Shown: one piece after another, positions 27,250 through 40,500 of the stretch
Layout of the letters: each line of letters begins with the position of its first letter
How positions within the stretch are numbered: position 1 is the first letter of the stretch
DNA from: Eledone cirrhosa
Taxonomy: Eukaryota
DNA: 64,000 bases
Assembly (NCBI GenBank): GCA_964016885.1
Contig: OZ024746.1
Coordinates: 14,818,001-14,882,000, forward strand
Direction of reading: 5' to 3'
Program-made: the position numbers and the translations under genes
Notes under the pieces: generated by a model
The model's input: only the letters and a program-made list of their open reading frames with translations
Told to the model about the DNA's origin: nothing
The model's database searches: none

Positions 27250-27915
27250 GGGGGATTGGCAGTATCAGTGGAAGGTCGGACGCCATGCTTTCCCTTTACG
27301 TGCTGAGTTCAAATCCCACCAAGGTTAACTTTGCCTTTCATCCTTACGGGGTAGATAAAATAAAGTACCAGTAATGCACTGGGTAATTGCTGGCCTTGTG
27401 CCAAAAGTAGAAACAATTATTATTGTTAACGTACAGGCAGTGGATTGGCATTATCGGTAGAGCATCGGACAACATGCTTTGTGGCATAGAGTTATGGCCC
27501 TTTACATTCTGAGTGCAAATCCTGCCAAGGAAGCATGGTGGATTGGTAGAATTGGTGTCAGATAAAATGCCATTGTGATATTTGTTCCGGCTCTACGTTC
27601 AACTTTGTCTTTCATCCTTATGGGGTTGATAAAATGAAGTACCAGTCAAGTACTGCAGTCGGTGTAATCCCTTCAAATTGCTGGCCTTGTGCCTAAATCT
27701 GAAACCATTAGAATGTGGTGGATTGGCAGTATCGGTAGAGCATCGGACAACATGCTTTGCAGCATAGAGTTACGGCCCTTTACGTGCTGAATTCAAATAC
27801 CACCAAGGTTAACTTTGCCTTTCATCCTTACAGGGTTGATAAAATAAAGTACGATTTAATCGACTTTCCCCTTCCCAAAATTGTTGGCTTTGTGCTTAAA
27901 TCAGAAACCATTATT
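27250..27915 (+). mobile_element. Cluster of 3-4 tRNA-derived SINE copies
   Basis: Repeated GGATTGGCAGTATCGGTAGAG heads and CTTTCATCCTTACGGGG cores. Confidence 0.8.
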
Positions 27916-28164
27916 ATTATTATTTGTAAATATCATTTTAAAGAATTTCTTTGTTCATCATCTAATGATTACTTAGTCTTTATTTCATTTTCATCAATTT
28001 TAATTCTATTATAAATTAATTAATTCTTTAGTTTTACTAACATTAATTTACTGAGGTTAACACATTCCTATGACAAACCTTGTAAATTTCAATCTATCTT
28101 TCATAAAACATCATTTAAAAAAAAACAAAAAAAACTAATTCTAGATCTGTTGGTCTCACCGGCA

Positions 28165-28332
28165 CAGGGGCAGGGATAAAGGCCAGGTCACACTATGGTA
28201 CAGTTCCTTCTTCTAGGGGCAGGGATAAAGGCCAGGTCAATTCATGGTACGGTTCCTTCCCCCAGGGCAGGGATAAAGGCCAGGTCACACCATGGTACAG
28301 TTCCTTCCCCCAGGGGGAATAAAGGCCAGGTG
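28165..28332. repeat. Tandem repeat of about 48 bp, 3-4 copies
   Basis: GGGCAGGGATAAAGGCCAGGTCA...ATGGTACAGTTCCTTC repeated. Confidence 0.8.
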
Positions 28333-28524
28333 TACAGTTCTTTAAAGAAAAATATATATGCTATAGAACACTGTGTGTGTACATATATATATATATGTAT
28401 GTAGTTTTCTATGCCATTTAGACATATCACAAAGACAACAAAATTATGTGCAATTTTAGAATATAGGCCATATTGCATTCTGAAGATTTGTACATTTAGA
28501 AATTCTTTAAATCTTACATTCTTG

Positions 28525-28925
28525 ACTGGTTAGAGGAATTACTACAGATCTGGTTAGAGGAATTACTACAGATCTGGTTAGAGGAATTACTACAGATCTG
28601 GTTAGAGGAATTACTACAGGTCTGGTTAGAGGAATTACTACAGATCTGGTTAGAGGAATTACTACAGGTCTGGTTAGAGGAATTACTACAGATCTGGTTA
28701 GAGGAATTACTACAGGTCTGGTTAGAGGAATTACTACAGATCTGGTTAGAAGAATTACTACAGATCTGGTTAGAGGAATTAGTACAGATCTGGTTAGAGG
28801 AATTACTACAGATCTGGTTAGTGGAATTAATACTGATCTGGTTTGGTGAATTGATACAGATTTTGTTTTAGGAAATCCTCCAGATCTGGCTAGAGGAATT
28901 GTTAGAGATCTGGTGAGGTGAATTG
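28525..28925. repeat. 24-bp minisatellite (TCTGGTTAGAGGAATTACTACAGA)
   Basis: About 12 near-perfect units that degenerate rightwards; abuts the Helitron 3' end. Confidence 0.95.
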
Positions 28926-28968
28926 TTACACATCTTGCAAGATGAATTGTTTTTGATCATTATAAATA

Positions 28969-29483
28969 CTAGCAGAAAAACCACCCTTCGGTGGTTTTCT
29001 GCTAGCATGTGTAGTGTGTATATTGATATTATACGCAGGTATATATACATGTAGATATGATACATCAAATAAAATCGTAATTGACAATATAAACAGAAAT
29101 TGAACGAAGATGTTGTTAACACTGTCTTATGTAATCAGTAACGTAATCCATGATACATTAAAAAAACGATATTATATATAAACTGCATTAGGAGAAAATT
29201 AGTATGTTTATTTAAGCGATTGCCACCGGAAGTGTTGACATCACACACACACTCTTTCTATATATATGATAGTTGAAGTGGTGGTGGTGGTGGTAACAAT
29301 ATACCGGAAGTGCAATTTTGAAAAGAAGTCAATTTTAAATTATTTATTTTTACAAAATTGAGTAGATAAATTATGTAATATTCATTCATTATTTATTCAA
29401 AGTAATCCAACTTATTTTACAAACGGGATAAAAAAAAAAAAACTGTACGCAATCCCGCAGACCTTCCTTTATTATAGTTTAGA
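28969..29483 (-). mobile_element. Non-autonomous Helitron-like element (copy 2)
   Basis: Minus strand reads A|TCTAAACTATAATAAAGG...CCACCGAAGGGTGG TTTTTCTG CTAG|T: canonical TC/CTAG termini at an AT target, no TSD. Confidence 0.78.
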
Positions 29484-29989
29484 TTTTGTTATATTTCAAC
29501 TAAAACAGTTGAGGTTTTCTGTTAAATCATGTTAAAACTGTCTCATAATTTGAAATCATCCCAGTGAACAATTATAAAAAATGATCTGAAAGGTGTATTT
29601 CTGTAAATATGTTTGTAAAATCCAGTTACTGTCTCTCCTTCATGTATGCATGTGTGTATATAAATATATATATATATATAATATTAGGTATAAATCGCAG
29701 TTGTAGCTGCAATAGGGCAGATACCAATCAAATTGTTTGAGGCAGTCACAAAGCACTCAATGGTGCAAAAAGTTAATAAATTTCTCACCCAGAGTTAATA
29801 CAAAGTTATATAAATGTGACACCATGAATAAATTTACTAGATATTTGTGGCCATAGTATAAAACCACGACAAATACGAACAGCTAGAAAACTAACCTACA
29901 CACACATATAATCTATATATGTATATGGTTATGTGATCAAAATGTAGGTTTAATTATTATATCATTTCTAGTGTTATTTTCACTTATTT

Positions 29990-30210
29990 GTGAAATAGTT
30001 GAAGGGGAAGAGTCCTCAGACATGCCATCCAGAAGATCCTAGCAGAAGCAACCATCACCAAGTGAGAACAGCCGAGGTTATGGATGTTATCCAACCATCT
30101 TGCTCGGGGTCTACTCCTGAGTCTCCTGCCAGTTGGTTTTACCCGTAAAATCTGTCCAGAAATTCTTTCCTTCGAAATTCTAATCACACGTCAGTACTAC
30201 CATAGCTGTG
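29990..30210 (-). mobile_element. Short RTE-type LINE 3' fragment
   Basis: RVKPTGRRLRSRPRARWLDNI; related copies at about 52140-52490 (+) and about 19590-19810 (-). Confidence 0.65.
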
Positions 30211-31569
30211 ATAGTAGTCTATCTAGTAATATTAACCATAGTCAGTTTAACTGTGGTTATTAGGAGAAAACAAATACTAGGGATTGGTTAATATTATTGT
30301 TTAGTTAATATGAATATTGGCAGTGGAAGGACCTCATATGATCTTTAGTGGGATTGGAACCTGTAATAGTCATTCAGTGGTGTTTCTACCATCTGCACCA
30401 ACTTTATACTGATGTTTCCCTGATAGCACAACTCTGTTTTAAACCATTCAGTTAGTGGCCTACACTTGTTATTGTTGTTGTTAGGCCTATGATCAAAGAC
30501 ATTTAAATTATTTACTCAATTAAAATATAATGTATTCAGGACTACAGTATTCTCAATGCAAGTCTCTTTTCTTTCTTCTTTTTTTTAGATACTAGGCATG
30601 GGGGTGATTTAGCTACTATTTCTAGCAGGTCTAGTAATCATGTAGAGGTCACTCCTTCATCGGTTCATGCGTTACCGTGTAAAAACAAATTGTTATGGAT
30701 AAAAAGGACCAATGTTAAAAAAAATATGGATAAGTTTTATATTGAGACAGTTAATGAAAAAAGTAATGGTAATGTTTGGTATATTAGATTTTGAGCCATA
30801 CTACCACGGGTTGTAAGAGTGGTGGAGGATAGATGTGTAGGAAGATAGAAGAATTAGAGTGGAAGAGTGTAGGTATGATGGAAGGTAGAAGAGTGGTGGA
30901 GTGTTGGAGCAGTGCTGGCTAAGTCCTGTTATTAACTATAACACATCTGCAGCAATCTTAGTTTTATTAAGTTGCTCTTGCACTGCTTCTGTTAACCCTT
31001 TCTTTACCATATTTCACACGCAAGACATTGCCTTGGATTTTCAACTGATTTTGTAATAATCAATGATTTCCACAGATTTAATTACTAAATAATTAACTTT
31101 CTCATTATTACTTTGGTGTTTAGACCATAACAAAGGTTCTTACAGAATTATGATGGAAGGTTTTTAGATCAATCTAAACACTTTATTCCTTTCATTACCA
31201 TATTTCTAGTGAAAGACACTGATAATCAATAATTTGGAGGGGATTTAGTAACATAACTAACTTTCTCATTATTACTTTTTGATGTTTAGAAGATAACTTA
31301 GGAAAATTCTCATACAAAAAAATTATGACGGAAGGTTTATGAACACTTTAAAACAAACAATTTTGCATCATAAAACCAAGGTTGTTATCAAAAGTGTTAA
31401 AGTTTAAATTTAAATTATAATCATTTCTCAGCCATTTTTCCTGCCATAAAATGTCCAAAATTATAAAACAATGTTTGTTGTTGTTGTTTTTTAAACAATA
31501 ACAAACTCAAAGGTACATTATTTTGTTTTGTACCTTTTTGATATATATATATATAAAGAAAGACGATCG

Positions 31570-31775
31570 ACTTTCGTCAAATCGGACCGAGGGAACAATG
31601 TTTCCGTTGGTCTTTCCAATTGCTAATACTATCTATCGGTCGCAACTCCAGGTAGAAGGAGCAACATGAAATAAAGTGTCTTGCTCAAGGACATAACGCA
31701 TCGCCTGGTCCAGGAATCGAACTCACAACCTTACGATTGCGAATCCAATTCTTTAACCACTCAGCCACACGCCTT
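31570..31775 (-). mobile_element. Second tRNA-derived SINE family (GAGTTCGATTCC...TCCTTGAGCAAGACACTTTATTTCA)
   Basis: tRNA-like head on the minus strand. Related copies at about 225-362, 716-830, 22540-22745, 34370-34630, 34950-35075, 54585-54680 and 59090-59275. Confidence 0.8.
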
Positions 31776-34700
31776 ATGTATTTCATTAAATATAAGGTAT
31801 AGTTAATTTATCTTATATTGGATATTACAGAATATCTTTTACATCAGAATATCAATACATCTTTTACACAGATGTATTGATACAAATATTATATTTCTTG
31901 AATTACTTGGATGATAGTATGTGATATTAAATCTAATTATACTGTTAATCATTTTGTTATCATATTTTTAATTAAAGACACTTCTTACGGTTTTCAAAGA
32001 TGAAAAAAAAAGATTTTAAGGGATTTAGAAATTATTTCTCTGGTGTTTAGAATGTAACTTAACACACGATTCTTACATAATATGGTGGAAAGTTTTGGAT
32101 GAATATCAGCATTTTAACCCTTTGGTTACTATATTTCTTATGAAGTTTTTAGGTAAATATAAACACTTTAAAATAAACAGCTTTGCATTGTAGAACCAAG
32201 TGCAGTTTCAGGCAATATAAGGAAATTCTTACATAATGAAGCTGGGTGACCTCCATTTTTTTTTTCCATTTGAAAAAAGAATATTTTTATTAGTAAATTG
32301 AATCTATTTTATATTTGAGTTTTGCTTTACATTCAGGGTTGCATATATTTAGGAGCTGTCATATATTAAGGGGTATCATATTTAAGCTTGCTTATATTTA
32401 GGGGCTGTCATATATTTACAAGCTATCTTATATTTAGGGGCTGTCATATTTATGGTTATTTATATTTAGGGGCTATCATATATTTAAAACTGTCTTATAT
32501 TTAGGGTTATTTATATTTAGAAGCTGCTTTTCAATTTGGGGTTCTCTTCAAACCTAGTGAGTAATGGTAAGGTTTAAAATGTCCAAATCATGCTGCATGT
32601 CACAACAGCACCTCTATGACTCCTCCAGAAGTGCTGATAGATAGCTATTGTATCTTTACAAAAACATTAAATTTCCTTTTCTTTCTTTTTTTAACAGTTC
32701 TGGAGAAATATTTCTTGCATTATGTCATTAGCACCAATAATTTCGTCTGACGATTATGGCTGTAGTAATAGTAACAACAACAATCAGTGAACTAAAGGCA
32801 GTGTTTACCTGGCGCAGGTAACACTGGTTTTAGTTTTGGTTGTTTTATTATATATATATGAGAGACCAACAGAGATTTTGTCTCAAATGATATATGTCTG
32901 TTGGTACACATATAATTTTGGTTGGAAATACCTGGGTTTTTCTCCCTGTCAGACTAAGATCATGTTTAAATCTTGTCTGTTCTGTGTAAGAACTGGAAGA
33001 TCAGAAAGAGTTTGGGGGAGGAAAAAACAAAATATCCTGCTATTAATGAGATTTATAAATATGTTATTTTGTCTCTTCTCTCCATGTGCTAAGGAAACAT
33101 CCACAGCACATGGTGAGGGGGATGATAAACACAAGCTATCTGCTGCAACCACCATTATCATAACAAAAATAAAATCTATGTTGTCCTCAGACAAACTGAT
33201 ATAATACATAATATTTCTCCAAAAAATATTTTTCAAAAATCCTTTTATTTGATTTAAAATATTAATCAATAGATCTACTTTTCATTATTTGTTTTGTATT
33301 TGACAAACAAACAATTCTGTTCTTTTTTTTTTCTTCCCCCGAATTTGTCAGACTTTGAGCCATTGGTCAGTTGGAAACTATTTTAATACCTGTAGACATC
33401 CTTGTCCTTTTATATGTAATATTTTAAAGAAATAGTTTGAAACTAAACCTAAGTAAGACAATCTTTCAAAACTAGTCAAAATTAGTCAAATATTAGAGTT
33501 AGAAATAACTTGTCAGAATTTTTTTTTTTACTGTTTTCCAGTGAAGTTTTTCTATTGTTGTTTATTCTTTGTTGTTGATTTTCTTTATTATTATTGTTAT
33601 TATTATTATTATTATTATGAGTTTGACATCTCAGTCATTGATGTTATTTAACTGGAAAATTTGCCCTAATGAACATCAAGCCACTATCTGCAGCCTCAGA
33701 TATTCAGGATGTATCGGAGGGTCCTTGTTGTTCTCTGTAGGCATGCCTTTTGAAGTGTTAAAAAAAAAATAAAGGAGGCTGAGCTAATATAAACTCTAAT
33801 AGAAACTCTTCAAGATAGTACCTAGTGCTCTTATGACAATTAGGACGACCTTGATCTCATGACAGTCCCAAATACTTTTCAGTTCCTACTTTAGTTCTTG
33901 GTACCGGTTTATTTTCTCATTATTATTATTACCATTGTTATTATATACGTCCACACTTCTTTTGTAAAGTTGTTTTTATTAAAAAAAAAGAATTGGTTCG
34001 ATACTTTATAACAACTATTTTTATAAATAAATAAAACAAACTGTTTACAAACATTCCTGAATTTTGTTTTTATTTGTTTGTTTTTTGTGTGTATGTGTGT
34101 GTCTGTATGCATGAGAGTTTGTGTGTATATATAAATGTGCATGTGTGTGAGTGAGAGCTTCTATGTATGTGTATGTGTACACTTGCATGTGTGTGTGTGT
34201 GTGTGCATACCTTTTTCAACAGAGATATATTCGTTCTTGTATTTGTTTTACAAGATACTTGATGTGAAATTGTGTGTTGAAACAGATATTGTTGTACTTT
34301 GGGAGGATCATGTTGCCAATAAAAACCCACACCACCACTAGTTGATGAAACTAAAGTGAAATTCAACTGGCAGCATGGCCTAGGGGTAAGGGTGTTGGGC
34401 TTACAGTCATGATGTTGTGGGTTTGATTCCTGGATTAGGTTGTGTGTTGTGTTCTTGAGCAAAACACTTCATTTCATCTTGCTCCAGTATACTCAGCTGA
34501 AAATGAGTACCAGCAATAGCTAGAATTTGACCTTATGATGGACTGGTATCCTGTTCAGGGGTAAGTCTTGTACTCTCAGTTGCTTCATGCCACAGGAACC
34601 AGGATAAGCACCGGCCTAATGAGTCTCCCCACTGTTGATCTCCGGCTTAACAACAACCAAATATCTTTTTTATCCCCCCTCCCCCCCATCTGATCTGCGT

Positions 34701-35343
34701 CGTCTTCTTGATGGTCAGGTGGTGGTGGTGTTACACCGGACGACTGAGATACTTCTCAACAATGCTTGGACAGCCATCGTCTCTAACGACGAGGGATCGA
34801 ATTGTTGGAACAACGGAATTGCCTACTCATGAAATTAACATGTAAGAGGCTGACCATTCCATAGACGCACCATCAACGTAGTTCTCAGGAAGAGTCAGCG
34901 TGACACAGTGTGTGACAAGGTTGGCCCTTTTGAATTACAGGAGCAACTAATATTTTTTCAGCTGAGTGGATTGGATCAACGTGAAATAAAGTGCCTTGCT
35001 CAAGGACACAACACGCCACCTGCTCAAAGAATCAAACTTATAGCCTTACGGCCAAGAGTCAAACACCCTGACCGCAAAGCTAGTATGGTTATATATATAT
35101 ATATTAATTGTTTCTACGTTAGGCACAAGGCCAGCAATTACCCAGTGCATTACTGGTACTTTATTTTATCGACCCCATAAGGATGAAAGGCAAAGTCAAC
35201 CTCGGCGGGATTTGAACTCAGATCGTAAAGGGACGTAACTATGCTGGAAAGCATGGCGTCCGACCCTCTACCTATACTGCCAATAATACATATATATACG
35301 AATAATACTTATATATGTGTTAAATCCGGTGGTAAGCAGCAAG

Positions 35344-35416
35344 TCAGCAGATAGCTCAGTAGGTAGAGCAGAGGACTGTAGTTTGTTAGGTCGATGGTTC
35401 GAATCGGTCTAGAAAC
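35344..35416 (+). pseudogene. tRNA-Tyr(GTA)-derived relic
   Basis: GATAGCTCAGTAGGTAGAGCAGAGGACTGTAG...TTAGGTCGATGGTTCGAATC matches the eukaryotic tRNA-Tyr D-arm, anticodon loop and T-loop, but the acceptor and anticodon stems do not pair. Confidence 0.65.
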
Positions 35417-37037
35417 AGAGGGTGAGATTAAGTGTTAGAATTAGGGTTAGAAGTAGAGTAGAGTAGGAACCATACTTTTCTTCTTTGCATAGTTCTAATG
35501 TTAGTATATGTACTTCTAAAGCAAACATAGTTAATTGGTTGAGTCATTAGGAATGAAATTTTATATCCTTGGTATTTGTTCTGGCTGGTTGGGTTCAAAT
35601 CCCGCTGAGGTCAACTTTATCTTTATCTTTCATTAGTTCAGGTTGGTGGATTGGCAAAATCGGTAGAGTGTCAGACAACATGCTATGAGATTAGCTTTGC
35701 CTTTTATCCTTTTTGGTTAGCTTCGCCTTTTATCCTTATAAAGTAGATAAAATAAAGTACCAGTAACACACTGGGGTTGATTTAATTGACTTTTCCCTCC
35801 CGAAGAATTGGAATTGTTGGCCTTGTGCTGCCTAAATGAGAAACTATAATTTCCGAGTCAATATATAAATAAAGAGTAAGAGAGAGAGAGAGAAAGATAT
35901 TAACCTAGAGAGAGCAGAGGGAGACCCAATCTGTGAAGGGCTGATACCATAAGATCTCGGATACGCTGAGAGATACTGATAACTTAGAGCAAGAGAGAGA
36001 GATACTGATAACAGAGAGAGAGAGAGTGGGGGGATACTGATAACTGAGAGAGAGCGGGAGGATATTGATAACAGAGAGAGAGGTAGGGAGGTTACAGATC
36101 AATCTATTCAAACTACCAATAAACTAATTGATCTCTCTCAACAGTCTCTGCCTAAATCATTAGACACCTTTTCTTTGTTACAGTAGAAGTATTTATTCTA
36201 TTTCGCATTAAAATTTCCTTACTGGTCTTAGTATTGTATATCAAATGATGTTTGTGAGGGTACTTGACTCTTCCAGTATCTTAGCCTCGCTATCAGTTTT
36301 GACATTGTATATCAAGTGATGCTTGTGATGGTACTTGACTGTTCCAGTGTCTTAGCTTTGCTATGAGTCTTGACATTGTATCTGGTTTTCGTATTATATA
36401 TCAGATGATGCTCTCGGGGGCACTTAGCCATAACTTTCAAATGAGTTAAACTTGTATCTTAAGGAGAATAATTAACAAGACTAATTGAAAGTTGAGAAAA
36501 TACCTTGATGTCTGGCAGCAGCATTCTTAGAGATGGAGAGGTACACTGGTTCTCACCTGACTCTCACTTTTGGCTCCGGGACATTTTTCAGCCACACACA
36601 CCCCAATAACTGCTTCTGGTGGTCAGTTAAACTTAGTGAGGGGCTGGGTGCTTTTAGAGGAGGTGGGTCCTGCCACGTATTTCTTAATGGTGAATACCAT
36701 GATGGACAGATAGTCAAACGCCTAGAATGGCACGCCAACAACTGGTTGCACTAGTAAGGGGAACTTGATTGATAGAATTTAAATTTCTACTCGAGCCCAG
36801 AGTCTCAGCAAGTCTGAATTCTACTCCCACCCAGTTACTGAGGGTACAAACTCTGCCATCCCAATGGTTGTACAGTACAAGACTCCCCACTTCTCCTCAC
36901 TCAAATGACTGAGGGTAGAGGACTAACCCCCATCCCTCCCTTGACGAGTCCCCACCCTTTCTGTCAGAAAGTTATCCCCAGCTGCTGGAATTCAGTATTC
37001 AGCTGCGTGGACTGGAGTAATGTAAAATAAAAAGGAT

Positions 37038-37441
37038 TTACTCAACCATCAAGCTCCGACGCCTGGCAACTGACTTGGTAAACACCCACAAAATTGTTAA
37101 CCATGTTGCCAACAACAACCCTGAGTGCCTTTTCGATTTCCATGTGTCTAACACACGTGGACATGCCCACAAAGTAAGAAAACAGCACAGTTCCCATGAC
37201 TTTCGGAAACATTTTTTCACGCTCAGAGTTGCTGAAGCATGGAACAAACTACCTGCATCAGTTGTTAGCTGTCGAGACACTGCATCCTTTAAGGCCTCCA
37301 TGCTTCCCGAGATCCGCCAACACTACAGCTAACACATACAAACATGTACTTCCCTGACATTTGTGTATTATTCTATGTACTATATTGACGAGTTGTAGTG
37401 CACCTGAGCACTTTACACAATAATTTCATTATTATTATTAT
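37038..37441 (+). mobile_element. CR1/L2-type LINE 3' end
   Basis: NTRGHAHKVRKQ...FRKHFFTLRVAEAWNKLPASVV....SFK, followed by an (ATT)n tail. Confidence 0.82.
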
Positions 37442-37561
37442 ATGACAATGATAATTTTATAGATGGGACGTTACTCCGTTTTACACCGCTGAAAAAATCA
37501 TGTGGTTGCAGTTGTTTTGATTATTATTTGTGAATTAACTAAATGTTGCTTTATTTACAAA

Positions 37562-40500
37562 ATGGCAATAAAAACGATACAATTATTTAGAAGACTCATA
37601 TGCTCTTCTGTACGAAATGTTTCATTACGGCATTTACAGGTAAGTACAATATACATACATATATACACCCATACCGACAAGGGTAATGCTCCTATCATTT
37701 TTGGAGAGGCCGACGATCATAATTTTCCGACAAAAATTATTCATTTTAGATAGTATACTGGGTGCATTTTTTGCAATACCAGCACAACCACTGTACAGAC
37801 TTGACGAGGTATATTCTATGAAAGTAATAACACTACTAATTTCTAGGGTGTACTATGAAAAAAATATACACATGTAGAACAGAAAAAGATAGCAAGAGAA
37901 AGAGAGATAATACGATATATGATATTTATGATATAAAGAAAATACAAACTTATTTTGAAACTTCAGATTTATAACTTTAAAAAAAAACACAATTTCATAA
38001 TAATGAAAATAACAACAAGGTAGAATACGATTGTCATCATCTTTAGGAGTTTTTTTTGTATAAAACAAGAAATGCGCTATATAAGATGACAGGTATATAT
38101 AAAAGGTCAAGGATAATTTTTAAGCACGCCAATCATTATTGCGACTTTATTCATTATTGTATTGTACATATTTTATTGTTTCGTCTAATTAAAATAAACG
38201 AGCAAAGTATGCAATATTTTTTTTGAAAGTTTAAGAATTTTCCGACAGCAATTCTTTTGTGCAGTGCAGTTGCACCCCCCGACAAAACGCCACTATGTAT
38301 GTGTGTGTGGGCATATATATATATATATAATGTGTGTGTGGTATTAACTAATTTGAGAATGAGTACTCAATACCAAATTTTAGATATTCTTTATTATGGC
38401 TATGTTACTGTGGACTTTTATCTGAGTACACAGGTGAAGCTCCAGAGTGGCTGGACTCTGACTTGACCTTATATATTATATAAAGCCGGCATTTTGTCCT
38501 TAGTTTTTAGTTTATTGTAAACTATACTTCTAATGTAGAGTTACACATTTCTTTTACTTTATTTGCAACGGTTAAACGATGACCGAAATCTTTGATAAAT
38601 ACTTAATGCGGTAATTATCTGGTATTAACGAAATGAATATTTAATTAAATGTTTTTATTTAAGATAACTATAAGTTGTTTTTGTACAGAGGACATGTGTT
38701 ATCGAGTAATTATGTAACACTTATAGGGTTGTGGTTGGCAGAGTCGTTAGAGCATCGGACAATTGTTTAACAGTATTTGTTCATGCTCTTTACCTTCTGA
38801 GTTCAAATCCTGCCCAAGTCAACTTTAACTTTCATCATTCCGAGGTCAATAAATCAAAGTACCAATCATGTACGGAGGATCGATTTTATCTACGTGTTTT
38901 CCCTCCTCACAAATTTGCAGGCCTTGTGCCTAAATTAAACCCCATTATGTAACAGTAATGTAAGCAGACGTTATTCTTTTAATGTTGCAATATTAAAGAA
39001 AATGTAAAGCAAGGGGTGAACAACCGAGCCAACACCAGAGCAAAAGACAGCAACGTCGCGAGGAGTACCGAGCAACCTTTTTAATGATTTTTTTTGTCAA
39101 GCCAGCACACTCGCAGCGTTGCCTCGGGTGATGGCGTTATTATAAATGCAGGCGTTATTATAAATTAGATTACGACATTAAATTGTTTTCGGTCTAGAAA
39201 TAAGAAACATTACACCTATCTCGGTGATGGATGTAATAATAATAATAATAAAAATACTTAGAACCAAGCCAGGTGTCAGATTTGTTATAATTAATTTAGT
39301 TGGATTGGCAATTTCGGTAGAGCATCGTACAAGATGCGTTGTTTCAGAGGGTTTATGGCCTTTTACGTTCTGTGTTCACCGAGGTTAGCTTTGCTTTTCA
39401 TCCTTTCTGGAGTGATAAAATAAAGCATCAGTAATGCACGGGGTCGATTTAATTGACCCCCCCCCCTAAAATTGCTGGCCTTGTGCCTAAATCAGAAACC
39501 ATTTATTTAGTTTATTGATTGAATTATTTTGCAGACAGTTCGACTAAAACCTGGGAATTATTTTGACAACAATGTCCTGCCTTTCTCAGCTTTCCTCACT
39601 GATAACTATGGTCGTCAACACACATATCTACGGATTTCTTTAACTGAAAGGTGTAATTTACGCTGTAAGTTCAGACTATTTCACTTTCATTCTTCCATAT
39701 TATGAGAATGTTTTGAGTGGATTAACAGTATCGGTAGAGGGTCGGACGCCATGCTTTCTAGCATAGAGTTACGGCCCTTGCCATTCTGAGTTCAAATCCT
39801 GCCGAGGTTAACTTTGCCTTTCATCCTTACGGGGTCGATAAAATAAAGTACCAGTAATGCACTGGGTAATTGCTGGCCTTGTGCCAAAAGTAGAAACAAT
39901 TATTGAAGAAAACAGTTTTTTTTTTGTTTAGATGGCAACAGCAATTCCAATAGGACATTAAATGTTTGAAATAATTGTTTCTACGTTAGGCACAAGGCCA
40001 GCAAATATCCAGTGCATTACTGGTACTTTATTTTATCGACCCCGTAAGGATGAAAGGCAAAGTTAACCTCGGCGGGATTTGAACTCAGACTGTAAAGAAT
40101 GGCAAGGGCCGTAACTCTATACGTCAAAGCATGGCGTCCGACCCTCTCCCAATACTGCCAATCCACCGCCTATTAAATGTTAGAAATAATGATAACAAAA
40201 TTATTGTAATGTTACCTTAGTTCTTTATATTTCTGGATAAAATGCCTTCATTAAAAGAAGAGTTAATCAAACCAAGTCACTTTAAAAATGCCAGCATAAG
40301 AACAACACAAGATTTCCTGATCATGTTTAAATTAAAACTTTTCATTATAATTTCTTGTAAAAACATTGTCATGCTATGATCCAAATACTAACTAAAAGTT
40401 AATTATTTTACTAAATCCTTTAAATTTTTGATTATTTTAAAAGTTTATTAAAAATGTGATTTTCATTAGAAATATTGTAAGGAAAAGGTTTAATATTTCT

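Noticed and set aside
28525-28925. Regular direct repeats that could be mistaken for a CRISPR array (also 59833-60841 and 56721-57055)
   Set aside because: Units are contiguous with no unique spacers, there are no cas genes, and the context is eukaryotic.
32698-32817. Exon-like segment with a strong acceptor and a CAG|GTAAC donor
   Set aside because: Stops in all three frames and no partner exons identified; it could be non-coding but this is unsupported.
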